A stretch of DNA of 52,608 nt from an uncultured Bacteroidia bacterium. Its GTDB lineage: Bacteria > Bacteroidota > Bacteroidia > Bacteroidales > UBA932. The stretch lies in the NCBI GenBank assembly GCA_902797115.1, contig CADBRQ010000115.1:1-52608 (forward strand), read 5' to 3'. Under the pieces are notes generated by a model. The model was given only the letters and a program-made list of their open reading frames with translations. It made no database searches and was not told the origin of the DNA. The translations under genes were made by a program, and so were the position numbers. Positions 25,501 to 34,911 of the stretch are shown piece by piece. How positions within the stretch are numbered: position 1 is the first letter of the stretch; the number at the start of each line of letters is the position of its first letter.

Positions 25501-28123
25501 CTTTAAAACTTTTAAAATTGTAACCTTTATTTTGCAAATATAATATAATCTCTTTCAACTTGTTGTAAAGTCGTTCATCTTCCGGGCGAGTTTCCTCAAT
25601 TCCCGGGTGAATCAGGATAATTGCCCCATTCAGGCGATTAGCTTTTTCGTAGGCATATAGCTTCTCAATGAGTTCTTTTGCCCTTTTGTAGCCACTGCCC
25701 ATACTTGGAATAGTATAATCGGCAGGAGTGGCCGTGCCAGGTGTATAGTTTATAACTTTATAACCTGCTCTTTCCAAAAGATTTACAGCTGCTTTATTAT
25801 AGTGTTCATAAGGAGGGAGAAACCATCGCGATACAGATGGCTCTACTCCAAATTTTCTAAGTTCTGCACTGTTTGCCTCCAAATCTGCAAGTAAAGAATC
25901 GGGAGTAATAAGCAAACTGTCTCTCGATACAGCTCCCCACGGAGCATAGAGCAAATGTTTGTCTGAATGGCCGGATACATAGTGCCCGTGCTCTATTATC
26001 CTCTTTATCAGATCATTGTGTTCAGGCATCCTCAATGCATTTCCGGTAAAGAAGAAAGAGCCTTTTACCCCTAAATCTGTAAGGGTTTTAAGAACGCGCT
26101 CTCCACCGTTAAACATAGAATCTGCGCTGAAAATCAGGTAGATATCTTTGCTTGTATTATCTACAACACGAATTGCACCATAACTATCTTTCACACTGTT
26201 GGCAAGATGCAAAGTATCTGAGATTTTCTGGCGGTTGCCCTCCGCCTCAAGAGTTGCAAAATAGTAACTCAGACTTGCTGTTCCATCCATGGTCGGCTCA
26301 TTGGTGGAGTAATCTCCTATATCGTTGTGATAGACTGCAATACCTTTGTTCAAAAATGGAGTTTCATCCCCTTTTCTCAAAGATTGTCCGGCACGGGATG
26401 CAAAGATGAAGTTATAGACAGGACCATCTATCAGCCCTCCTGTTACCTCTCTCTTTAAACCTGTAAATACAACATGAGGGTCTGTCGGAAGCACTGCTCC
26501 TTTAGGATAACCTATAATCATCGATACGCCCCATGGGTTACACCCTAATAACCAATCTCTTAGAGCCGCCTCCATTTCGTAGAAGGTGGTATCTCCCGTT
26601 GTTTGCCTATATAGTTGCGCCTGAGTTACAGCTGCACTTGTGAGATTGTTAGAGCACCATAAATATGGAATTCCGTGAAAGAAAGGATCATCTTTACCCC
26701 TTTGAGCAATATCATAAAGTCCCTCTTTCATAAGGGCAGAGAATTTCTCACGCATATTCTCATCTCCCTCAGACGCAAGAAGATAGTGTCCTAAATTGAT
26801 AAACGGATAGAACTGGTAATGACGACCGCGACCGAGCTCCATCCAAGGAGAAACCGGCTCTTGCTCCCCATAGTAGTCTGCCTCTGTCAGATACTCTTTT
26901 TTAGAAGTTGCGCCATAGAGCGATGCTGCTGCCAACTCCATATCGTCCACCCAATTGTCCTCCTCATAAAAATAGCGTGAAACATAACAAGCAGTCTGTG
27001 TGTTACCTGGAAACTCCTTGCCAAATTCATACGCTTGTGTTGCCTTCTTAATTAAGGTTTTAGCAAATTTGCTCTCTTTGTTAAAAACCTGAGAACCAAG
27101 GGCGAAAGAACTTGCAAACTTGGCGGCAGAAGAGGCAACCCCTGTAGTTCTGTTTTTACCGAATTTCCCCATCCCCTGAGGTTTTCCAGTAATGAAATAT
27201 ACCGGACGCCCATTCCCCGGTCCCCAGCCATAGTCCGCTGTATCGTACTGAGGAGGTTTAAAGCCAATATGATCCCTGTCATCCGCTATCTGATTATACA
27301 TTACCTTATTGGAAGGATTCATCTTTAACATCCAATCCAACCCCCAGCGTGCCTGATCTAGAATATCTGGAATTCCGTTTGCTCCGGGGCGCCCCTGCGC
27401 ATCAAATTTATCTTTGAATACACTCTTGTCGGGAGCCTGAGTGTAAGCGAACATTAAATGGTAAGTTGCTGTGGCAGAAGTAGGAAGATATTGCAAGAAA
27501 TCCGATGCATCGTGCCAGCCTCCCTTTACATCTATCTTTGTTCCGTTAAGAGAAGGGTGATCCACAATGTAACCATCGTGCTGATGGCAAAGAGTATCTG
27601 TAAATGGGTTATAACCACATTGTTGCTGACGCATATAGTAGAGCAGGATATCTGCCGCTCCATCATACACATCGGGAGAAATCTTAAAGAAAGGAGATTT
27701 AACCCCTTTAAACTCAATATAATATCCGCCGTTTGTATTAAGAGAAGAAAAGTCAAGACGATACGCCTCCTTCAGAGCCCATTTATCTGGAGAACATTTT
27801 TTTGCATCAGCCTCAAAAACAATTTTGTCTGAAATTGCCTCTTTTACAACAAACTTTTCAGAATCGGACGCATCGAGAGTAAAAGAAGATTCTGTATTCC
27901 AAGAAGTTACACTCTTCTTCCAAGCCAATTGAGCAGAAGGGGCAACACTATTGTCTCTAAAAGAAGAAGTTGGGTCCTGATTCTCCAAAATATAAACTGC
28001 CACCTTTTTAGATTGCGGCAAATATCCCACATAGTTTATACGAATATGCCCTTGCGAAAAACACAATGCAGAGATACAAATAAATAGCGCGGCGGTTAAC
28101 AACCTCTTGTAAAATATGTTCAT
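25484..28123 (-). CDS. glycoside hydrolase family 9 fused to a CE4 (NodB-type) polysaccharide deacetylase
   Basis: Start taken at ATG 28123 (signal peptide MNIFYKRLLTAALFICISALCFSQ). GH9 signatures DVKGGWHDASD, TGGLIDGPV and YSTNEPTMDG. C-terminal ~220 aa carry a deacetylase pattern (LIFSADS..., SGHSDKH = HSxxH). Confidence 0.8.
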   Translation of the reverse strand: MNIFYKRLLTAALFICISALCFSQGHIRINYVGYLPQSKKVAVYILENQDPTSSFRDNSVAPSAQLAWKKSVTSWNTESSFTLDASDSEKFVVKEAISDKIVFEADAKKCSPDKWALKEAYRLDFSSLNTNGGYYIEFKGVKSPFFKISPDVYDGAADILLYYMRQQQCGYNPFTDTLCHQHDGYIVDHPSLNGTKIDVKGGWHDASDFLQYLPTSATATYHLMFAYTQAPDKSVFKDKFDAQGRPGANGIPDILDQARWGLDWMLKMNPSNKVMYNQIADDRDHIGFKPPQYDTADYGWGPGNGRPVYFITGKPQGMGKFGKNRTTGVASSAAKFASSFALGSQVFNKESKFAKTLIKKATQAYEFGKEFPGNTQTACYVSRYFYEEDNWVDDMELAAASLYGATSKKEYLTEADYYGEQEPVSPWMELGRGRHYQFYPFINLGHYLLASEGDENMREKFSALMKEGLYDIAQRGKDDPFFHGIPYLWCSNNLTSAAVTQAQLYRQTTGDTTFYEMEAALRDWLLGCNPWGVSMIIGYPKGAVLPTDPHVVFTGLKREVTGGLIDGPVYNFIFASRAGQSLRKGDETPFLNKGIAVYHNDIGDYSTNEPTMDGTASLSYYFATLEAEGNRQKISDTLHLANSVKDSYGAIRVVDNTSKDIYLIFSADSMFNGGERVLKTLTDLGVKGSFFFTGNALRMPEHNDLIKRIIEHGHYVSGHSDKHLLYAPWGAVSRDSLLITPDSLLADLEANSAELRKFGVEPSVSRWFLPPYEHYNKAAVNLLERAGYKVINYTPGTATPADYTIPSMGSGYKRAKELIEKLYAYEKANRLNGAIILIHPGIEETRPEDERLYNKLKEIILYLQNKGYNFKSFKDVQNN

Positions 28124-28240
28124 ATTGTCTCCTCCAAACTCAAATGATTTATCACACAAATTTAACACTCATGAAGTTCAATTGCAATATTTTTGCTACT
28201 TTTGGTGTTATAAATTTGTCAGATTTTATTTTTTTGAACT

Positions 28241-30010
28241 ATGAATAATTTTTGGAAAACATTTTTTGCCGCATTGCTTGCTGTCATAGTAGGTTTTATT
28301 GTTCACTTTTTCTTGATTATATTTTTTATAGCAGCTTTGATAGGCTCTTCTTCAAGTAAAGAGGCAATCCCTGTTGTTAAGTCAAATTCTGTTTTAAAAA
28401 TAGATTTTACAGCAGATGCTTTGGGAGAAAGAACTTCCGATGTAATGGACAATTTCGCTTTAGAAGATTTGTATTTTGGTTTTTCCGGTTCTACCATAGG
28501 TATTTACGATGCCGTTAAGGCAGTTCGGGCAGCTGCTGCAGATCCAAAAATTAAGATGATATATATCTATACCGATTACCAGACATCCAGCGGAATATCT
28601 AATTTAGAAGAACTTAGAAACGCTCTGAAAGAGTTCAGAGATAGTGGAAAGCCAATAATTGCCTATGGAATGAACTATACCACAGGAAGTTACTATTTAG
28701 CAAGCGTTGCAGATAAAATCTATATGAACACAGACGGCAATGCAAGCATCATTGGTATAGGAGGTTATCTACTCTTCTTCAAAGATTTGGCAGACAATCT
28801 CGGACTCGATATCCAACTTATCCGCCACGGAAAATTTAAAGCTGCTGCAGAACAATATATTGCAAGCAACATAAGTAAAGAGAACAAAGAGCAAAACGAA
28901 GCACTCTACGGATCTATTTGGGAGAGTTGGGCAGAAGCAATTTGTGCAGAGAGAGTTATTACAAAAGAAGCTCTCGATTCGGCCATCAACAATCTCAAAT
29001 TAGAGGATTCTCAAAGTATGCTTGAGATGGGGCTTATAGACAGCATTTACACAGTTGATCAACTCTATAGTAAAGTTGCTGAGTTAATGGAAGTTAATTC
29101 CAAAGATGATTTAAACATCATATCACTCAAAAACTATTCTGAAACTATTCTGAACCGTACTAAATCTTCAGATAAAATTGCAGTGCTCTATGCGAACGGA
29201 GAGATTACTATGGATGGAACAAGCGGAATTGGAGCAACCCGCATGATTAAGGATATCAAAAAGATCAGAAAAGATAAAAATGTTAAAGCAGTTGTGTTCA
29301 GAGTAAATTCACCAGGAGGAGAGGCGCAAGCTGCAGAGGTGATAAGAAACGAACTTGCTCTGCTCAAGGAGGAAAAACCAATTGTTGTAAGTTATGGAGA
29401 CTATGCTGCAAGTGGAGGGTATTGGATTAGTGCCGAATGCGGTCCTATTTTCTCAAATAAAACAACCATTACCGGAAGCATAGGAGTCTTCTCGCTTGCA
29501 ATAAGTTACGGAAATGCACTCAAGAAACATTTAAAAATAAACAACGCAAAAATCGGAACCCATGCTCACGCAGGTATGGGAAGCGGAATTGCTCCTCTCG
29601 ATGCAGCTGAACTTGCTTATTATCAGTCATCTGTGGAACATGTTTATACCAAGTTTACCAATATCGTGGCAAACGGACGCAATCTCCCTGCCGATTATGT
29701 AGATTCTGTAGGACAAGGAAGAGTTTGGAGTGGTGCAGATGCCCTCAACAATAAATTGGTTGACCATATAGGCGGTTTGACCGATGCAATTGCCTATGCA
29801 TCAACCCTTATAGAGCAATCATCAGAACCAGCAGATTACAAGATAGTTGAATATCCTATTCTTAAATCTCAATGGGAAAGCATTTTAGAGAGCTTCTCTC
29901 CAACTGCTCAAGAAGATTTAATCAAGAGCAAACTTCAGGATATTGCATCTCAACTGCAAGGAGTTCATACATACGCACGCCTCCCTTACATCTATAGAAT
30001 AGATTACTAA
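28241..30010 (+). CDS. sppA: signal peptide peptidase SppA, 67K type
   Basis: 589 aa with an N-terminal TM helix and two S49 repeats; YAASGGYW gives the serine context. Confidence 0.85.
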   Translation: MNNFWKTFFAALLAVIVGFIVHFFLIIFFIAALIGSSSSKEAIPVVKSNSVLKIDFTADALGERTSDVMDNFALEDLYFGFSGSTIGIYDAVKAVRAAAADPKIKMIYIYTDYQTSSGISNLEELRNALKEFRDSGKPIIAYGMNYTTGSYYLASVADKIYMNTDGNASIIGIGGYLLFFKDLADNLGLDIQLIRHGKFKAAAEQYIASNISKENKEQNEALYGSIWESWAEAICAERVITKEALDSAINNLKLEDSQSMLEMGLIDSIYTVDQLYSKVAELMEVNSKDDLNIISLKNYSETILNRTKSSDKIAVLYANGEITMDGTSGIGATRMIKDIKKIRKDKNVKAVVFRVNSPGGEAQAAEVIRNELALLKEEKPIVVSYGDYAASGGYWISAECGPIFSNKTTITGSIGVFSLAISYGNALKKHLKINNAKIGTHAHAGMGSGIAPLDAAELAYYQSSVEHVYTKFTNIVANGRNLPADYVDSVGQGRVWSGADALNNKLVDHIGGLTDAIAYASTLIEQSSEPADYKIVEYPILKSQWESILESFSPTAQEDLIKSKLQDIASQLQGVHTYARLPYIYRIDY

Positions 30011-30016
30011 GGAGTT

Positions 30017-30400
30017 TTAATAATCAAAATCGGACATAAGCCGGTCTATCTCACGGCGTTCCTTTTTAGTGGGACGCCCCGCTCCTCTCTCACGCTTTAA
30101 GAAGATTGTCTCGTGAGGTGCTGAGAGTTTATCCAATTCACTTTGAGGTGTAATATTGGTTGCATACTGCGGTACGGCAGATGCTCCCTGTCTTTTATCT
30201 ACTACAGCCACAACAAGATATTTATAATGTATTGCCCCTTTTCTTATCTCTATACGGTCTCCCTTTTTCACCTCTTTGCTCCCTTTGGCTATTGAGTCGT
30301 TAAGAGAGACTTTCCCTGTGCGACACGCCTCGGCAGCATCGCTTCTGGTTTTATATAATCTAATGGCCCACAGGTATTTATCTATGCGTATGCTATCCAT
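30017..30400 (-). CDS. hslR: S4-domain RNA-binding heat-shock protein 15-like
   Basis: Start taken at ATG 30400. MDSIRIDKYLWAIRLYKTRSDAAEACRTGKV is a classic S4 motif, followed by a basic C-terminal tail. Confidence 0.7.
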   Translation of the reverse strand: MDSIRIDKYLWAIRLYKTRSDAAEACRTGKVSLNDSIAKGSKEVKKGDRIEIRKGAIHYKYLVVAVVDKRQGASAVPQYATNITPQSELDKLSAPHETIFLKRERGAGRPTKKERREIDRLMSDFDY

Positions 30401-30414
30401 GCCTATACTATTTA

Positions 30415-31347
30415 TCAACACTCATGAAAATGACTATCTCCCTTACTACCCTCCTCTAAATCCTGAATACTCTCTTCGGATGAAAGAAGCTCCCCTTTCA
30501 GATGAACCCTAAGCAACCGGCATTGAGAAGATTGAGGGGTAATAGTAACATCTTCCATATCGTGAGGAAGAATAACCAGACTCTGTTTTTCCAACTCTAC
30601 AGGTGAAAATTTATCCGATGATATAGAGACTTTCCCCTCTATAACAAACAGAGAGACAAAGCTATCCAACTCGCTTGGAGAGAATATATTAGGTTTTGAG
30701 AGAATAATGGTATCCATAACAACGCTCTCCTCATCCGGAATTTCATAAACCGGAATATATTTAGAGAGATTTATAAAGTCCAACGCTTCTGCAAACTGCT
30801 CACTCTCTTCTATATTGAGAGTTACTTGTGAATTTTGAGAAATCTCCAATACCTCAACCCCTTTTCCAATGGCAAAAGGGGTCTTTGCCTTAACGTAATA
30901 AATCTCTCCCACCTCCGGAGAACACTCATTCATCTGACTCTTTATATCTCCCTTGAGCATAAGTTCATAGAGTTCTTGGGCACTCATATCTTTCTGAAAA
31001 CCAAGAAATAAAGATGCATCTTCAGAAGCTTTGAGAATATAAAAAATTCTATCCTTGCCCAAAGAGAGCCAACGCCCTACCGCCTCTTCATCTGAAGGAG
31101 ATACACTCACTTTGCCCACTTTATCAGAAGAGATCAGACGAACCTCATAAGGGAGCATCCCTTTAAAAAAACGGAAAACCTTATCTCCAAGCAAATTTCC
31201 CATGTAGGCCTCTGCAGCCTCATCGAACGAATTTCCCCTAAGGAAACCATTTGCAATTAATGAATTGTCTGTGAGAGTATTAGAATAACTCTTCTGTTCT
31301 ATTTTTTCTTTTGTATCTGCTAACAAAAGGGGATATAATTTACTCAT
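30415..31347 (-). CDS. class I mannose-6-phosphate-isomerase-like cupin protein, apparently lacking the metal ligands
   Basis: LYPL opening and LEISQNSQVTLNI (compare LEIQQNSD.TYR.YD) place it in the short type I PMI family. The positions I align to the Zn ligands read VSVSPSDEEA, GKDRIFYIL and KTPFAI. Confidence 0.6.
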   Translation of the reverse strand: MSKLYPLLLADTKEKIEQKSYSNTLTDNSLIANGFLRGNSFDEAAEAYMGNLLGDKVFRFFKGMLPYEVRLISSDKVGKVSVSPSDEEAVGRWLSLGKDRIFYILKASEDASLFLGFQKDMSAQELYELMLKGDIKSQMNECSPEVGEIYYVKAKTPFAIGKGVEVLEISQNSQVTLNIEESEQFAEALDFINLSKYIPVYEIPDEESVVMDTIILSKPNIFSPSELDSFVSLFVIEGKVSISSDKFSPVELEKQSLVILPHDMEDVTITPQSSQCRLLRVHLKGELLSSEESIQDLEEGSKGDSHFHEC

Positions 31348-32243
31348 ATAGATTTAAAAGAATTCTTTTTAGGGAGAAGTTTATATAGCAACCACACAGA
31401 AAGAATGGTGAGAATAACGCCACTTACAACAAGGAGGATATATGTGTTCGGATAATCTGCCAGAATCTCTTTCATATTCATCAGAGACATCTCTTTAGGC
31501 ATTAGAGAAACTGTCAGATAAGAGGTTCCGTTATTTACAAAATGGAGAAAAACCGCCACCCATAAAGAGTGGGTTTTGTAGTAGGCATAACCTATGAACA
31601 AACCTATCAAAAATGCTCCAACTCCTTGAACAAGATTGAGATGAATAACTCCGAACAGAATCGCAGAGATAAAGATTGCACTAATTGGAAGCTCTCTGTG
31701 ACAAAGGGCTCTCTGAATTGTCCCTCTGAAAATAAACTCCTCGCACAACGGAGCTAAAAAAACTACGGAGAGAAGATTATCTATATTAGACAACTCCATC
31801 TTCTCGTAAATCTTCTTTAGCGCATCGGGAAGCTCAAACTCACTCATTATAGGGTCTATAGCCATACCAATTGCTAACGTCCCGATAAATAAGATAATAC
31901 CTAATGTAAACCATGAGCACTTCCTTCCCTCTTCTCTTTTAACCGGAGCATTCAGCTTTATGAACGGTGCTTTCAAAGCAGCTGAAACTCCTTCTCCTTC
32001 TTTAAGACTTTCATAGAGCTGTGCATTTTTATGAGAAGTGTAACCCCTTAACAGAATGTATATTAAAACGGGAGCTATCGGGAGTAAATAGGAAAGAAGC
32101 ATATTTGAAAGGAGCACCTCTTTGCTCTGAGGAATCAGCACCAAAAGCGCCCCTACAAGCATTGCTCCAACAAAGAAAAAAATAAGCACCAGAAGCAAGC
32201 TTTCCCAAAAATTTGGGAGATAATATTTTAACCACTTATTCAC
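31344..32243 (-). CDS. CPBP-family intramembrane glutamic endopeptidase (CAAX protease-like)
   Basis: Polytopic membrane protein with motifs CEEFIFRG, FGVIHL and HFVNN. Confidence 0.8.
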   Translation of the reverse strand: MNKWLKYYLPNFWESLLLVLIFFFVGAMLVGALLVLIPQSKEVLLSNMLLSYLLPIAPVLIYILLRGYTSHKNAQLYESLKEGEGVSAALKAPFIKLNAPVKREEGRKCSWFTLGIILFIGTLAIGMAIDPIMSEFELPDALKKIYEKMELSNIDNLLSVVFLAPLCEEFIFRGTIQRALCHRELPISAIFISAILFGVIHLNLVQGVGAFLIGLFIGYAYYKTHSLWVAVFLHFVNNGTSYLTVSLMPKEMSLMNMKEILADYPNTYILLVVSGVILTILSVWLLYKLLPKKNSFKSI

Positions 32244-32248
32244 TCTGT

Positions 32249-33154
32249 TCAGAACAATTTTGCAGGATAGATTCCCTCATCACTCATTTGTTTTAACTTA
32301 GCAACAACAGCTTCTCTGTCTTCTTTATAAGTTACTCCAAACCAAGAACTTGAAGTTTTCAGAACCTCAACGGTAGCTGTTTTTTCCTGTATCATTTCTC
32401 CTACAATCGAAGGGACATAAAACTCTCTCTTTGGCTCATTGATATTCACTTTCAGAAACTCAATGAATTTTTCTTGACAAACTTCCAAGAAATCCGGAGT
32501 AAAGCCCCACATATTCATACTTGTAACTGCCTGAGAATCAAATTCTGCCACTTCTCCATCCAAAGTCTGGCCAACTATTTTGTCTCCCTCCTTCCTAATG
32601 TTTGTATGTTCTTGAATGGAGGTTAAAAATCCGCTTTCATTTTTCGCACACACTCCTCTCGATACGCTCCCGCTGTCACTGAGGGTTTTATCCAATTGGA
32701 AACCTACCATAGAGTAAACACCTTTGGAGTCTGACGGGAGAGCAGAGAGAAAATCTGCAAGCACTTTAAACGAATCGCGACCATAATAGTCATCTGCGTT
32801 AATTACAGCAAACGGATTCTCTATCACCCCTTTAGCTGAAAGGACTGCTTGCCCCGTTCCCCACGGTTTCTCCCTTGCCGGATTTAATGTGAAACCTTCC
32901 GGAAGATCGTCAAGTTCCTGTGTAAGAAGGGTTACTTTAACTTTACCCGAATACTTTGCAGCAACTTTCTCCTCAAATTCCTTCTTAAAACTCTCTCTGA
33001 CTATAAAAACTATATCGTTAAAGCCTGCATTTATTGCATCATAAACAGAGTAATCCATAATGGTCTCTCCCGATGGTCCGAGAGGATCTAATTGTTTGAG
33101 GCCGCCATATCTGCTTCCCATACCGGCCGCCATGATCAGTAGTGTAGGTTTCAT
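32249..33154 (-). CDS. sugar-phosphate nucleotidyltransferase family protein
   Basis: The N-terminal MAAGMGSRYGGLKQLD is the NTP-transferase G-rich loop; 301 aa. Confidence 0.75.
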   Translation of the reverse strand: MKPTLLIMAAGMGSRYGGLKQLDPLGPSGETIMDYSVYDAINAGFNDIVFIVRESFKKEFEEKVAAKYSGKVKVTLLTQELDDLPEGFTLNPAREKPWGTGQAVLSAKGVIENPFAVINADDYYGRDSFKVLADFLSALPSDSKGVYSMVGFQLDKTLSDSGSVSRGVCAKNESGFLTSIQEHTNIRKEGDKIVGQTLDGEVAEFDSQAVTSMNMWGFTPDFLEVCQEKFIEFLKVNINEPKREFYVPSIVGEMIQEKTATVEVLKTSSSWFGVTYKEDREAVVAKLKQMSDEGIYPAKLF

Positions 33155-33222
33155 TTATTTTTGTAAATTTGTATTGTTAAATCTGCTCCAAATTTAGTAA
33201 AAATTAACCAATAGTTTTCTGT

Positions 33223-33543
33223 ATGAGCAAATTTAGGGAGATTATAGATAAACCTGTAGTGAAAAAGATATTGAGAATTCTTAAAAACAAGTGGCTTATT
33301 GCCTCTGTAATCTTCTTGTTCATAGTGTTTTTTACAGAATCTAACAACCTCATAACCCTTATCAGAGGATACAAAGAGCTTGGTGCACAAGAGAGACAGA
33401 AACGCTACTACAAAAAGGCAATTAAAGTTACAGAAGAGAACCTTCAGGAGTTAACATCAAACAAAGACAGTTTAGAGAAATTTGCCCGTGAGCAATATCT
33501 TTTTCACGAAGCAGATGAAGATATCTTTGTTGTAGAGGAGTAG
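33223..33543 (+). CDS. ftsB: septum formation initiator (FtsB/DivIC family)
   Basis: 106 aa with one TM helix followed by a coiled coil (...ERQKRYYKKAIKVTEENLQELTSNKDSLEKFAREQY). Confidence 0.7.
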   Translation: MSKFREIIDKPVVKKILRILKNKWLIASVIFLFIVFFTESNNLITLIRGYKELGAQERQKRYYKKAIKVTEENLQELTSNKDSLEKFAREQYLFHEADEDIFVVEE

Positions 33544-33553
33544 CAACTTGAGA

Positions 33554-34135
33554 TTATTGTGCAGTTGGTGAAGTATTGCAAATATTCATTGCTCTGTCTG
33601 CACCCAGAAAAACAAAATCCTTAATGGCTTGAACTGCACGCTTTAGAATAGCGGGAAGTGCCGTTTGTTGCTCTGTTTCAAACACTCCCAACACATAATC
33701 TATCTGCTCTCCATGAGCAAAATCTTTCCCTATCCCCACCCTTAAACGGGAAAAGGAGAAGGTCTCAAGCATCTCCCCTATATTTGCCAAACCATTATGC
33801 CCTCCATCGCTTCCACGAGTTTTTAAACGAAGAGTTCCGAACGGAATTGCAATATCATCGCAAACAATAAGGAGGTTTTCTAAAGGAACTTTTTCTTTTT
33901 TAAGCCAATACGAGACTGCCTTGCCACTCAAATTCATATATGTAGAGGGTTTCAGAAGTATCATCTCCCTTCCCTTGTAACTCATTGTGGCAACAGAACC
34001 TAACCTGCCGGAAGAAAAAATGGTGTTGGCTCCCTGTACAAGGTCGTCCAACACCATAAATCCGACATTATGACGAGTTCCTGCATACTCCGGACCTATA
34101 TTGCCAAGTCCAACTATGAGGTATTTCCCCGCCAT
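33554..34135 (-). CDS. pth: peptidyl-tRNA hydrolase
   Basis: LIVGLGNIGPEYAGTRHNVGF and GGHNGL motifs. Confidence 0.93.
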   Translation of the reverse strand: MAGKYLIVGLGNIGPEYAGTRHNVGFMVLDDLVQGANTIFSSGRLGSVATMSYKGREMILLKPSTYMNLSGKAVSYWLKKEKVPLENLLIVCDDIAIPFGTLRLKTRGSDGGHNGLANIGEMLETFSFSRLRVGIGKDFAHGEQIDYVLGVFETEQQTALPAILKRAVQAIKDFVFLGADRAMNICNTSPTAQ

Positions 34136-34152
34136 GCTTCTCCCTCTCTAAA

Positions 34153-34776
34153 CTATTTAGATGCTTCAGCAGCAGGAGCAGCAGACTCCTGAGCAGCAGA
34201 CTCTTGAGCAGCCGCCTCTTGTGAAACAACGTTACGAGTCATCTTAACCTCGCAAACCATAAGTTTCTTAGGAGAAGAAATTTTGCAGCCGTCAACTGTA
34301 ATGTCACCTGCATAGATAGCTTTACCAACACCCAAAGAGGTAACATCTACCTCAATCTCATCTGGAAGTTTATCTAAAGGTGCATTAACTTTTATTTTTC
34401 TTACACCCACTCTCAATCTACCTCCTTGCTTAACACCCTCAGCATTTCCTGTAATTTTAATAGGAACTGCAATTTCCACAGGTTTTCCCTCAGCGATAGC
34501 TAAGAAATCTACATGGATAGGGAGGTCTGTGATAGGGTCGTACTGCGCATCGTGAAGAATACAAGGGATGATTGCACCCTCTAATTCAACATGAACAATG
34601 TAAGACTTTGGAGTGTCTGTAAGTTTTTGAACATCTGCAAGAGCAATAGCAATATCCTTATGCTCAGCACCGTTTCCATAAATGATGCAAGGAACATTCC
34701 CTGCTCTGCGAATTGCTTTTAAATCGCGTTTTGCCCCAATAACTCTTGTGGCAGCTTTTAATGTAATTGTTTGCAT
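34153..34776 (-). CDS. rplY: 50S ribosomal protein L25 / general stress protein Ctc
   Basis: 207 aa. The N-terminus (LKAATRVIGAKRDLKAIRRAGNVPCIIYG) has the L25 pattern, with a Ctc-type C-terminal extension. It lies directly upstream of pth, as usual. Confidence 0.9.
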   Translation of the reverse strand: MQTITLKAATRVIGAKRDLKAIRRAGNVPCIIYGNGAEHKDIAIALADVQKLTDTPKSYIVHVELEGAIIPCILHDAQYDPITDLPIHVDFLAIAEGKPVEIAVPIKITGNAEGVKQGGRLRVGVRKIKVNAPLDKLPDEIEVDVTSLGVGKAIYAGDITVDGCKISSPKKLMVCEVKMTRNVVSQEAAAQESAAQESAAPAAEASK

Positions 34777-34894
34777 AATACTAATTTTTAAGTGTTACTC
34801 AGCTTGGCTTTTCCAAGCCCCATTGCACTAAAACCCTCGGTCGCAGATCCATCGTATTATGGTTTTGCCGCAACACGAAGATTTTTTAGCGGCG

Positions 34895-34902
34895 CAAAGA
34901 TA
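34895..34902 (-). promoter_or_regulatory. candidate -7 box (TATCTTTG) for rplY-pth
   Basis: The minus-strand TATCTTTG matches TAnnTTTG, about 120 nt upstream of the rplY ATG. Confidence 0.35.
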
Positions 34903-34911
34903 TAAAAAATT

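Noticed and set aside
28192-28218. TTTG ... TAAATTTG as a promoter for sppA; similar lone TAnnTTTG boxes occur at 14989-14996, 33164-33171 and 47218-47233.
   Set aside because: The -7-like boxes are real matches. However, the -33 element is missing or wrongly spaced (15 nt for sppA), and such octamers are frequent in AT-rich DNA. They are too weak to list as features.
33151-33390. 79-aa minus-strand ORF overlapping ftsB and the nucleotidyltransferase start.
   Set aside because: It overlaps two better-supported genes and spans their shared promoter region.
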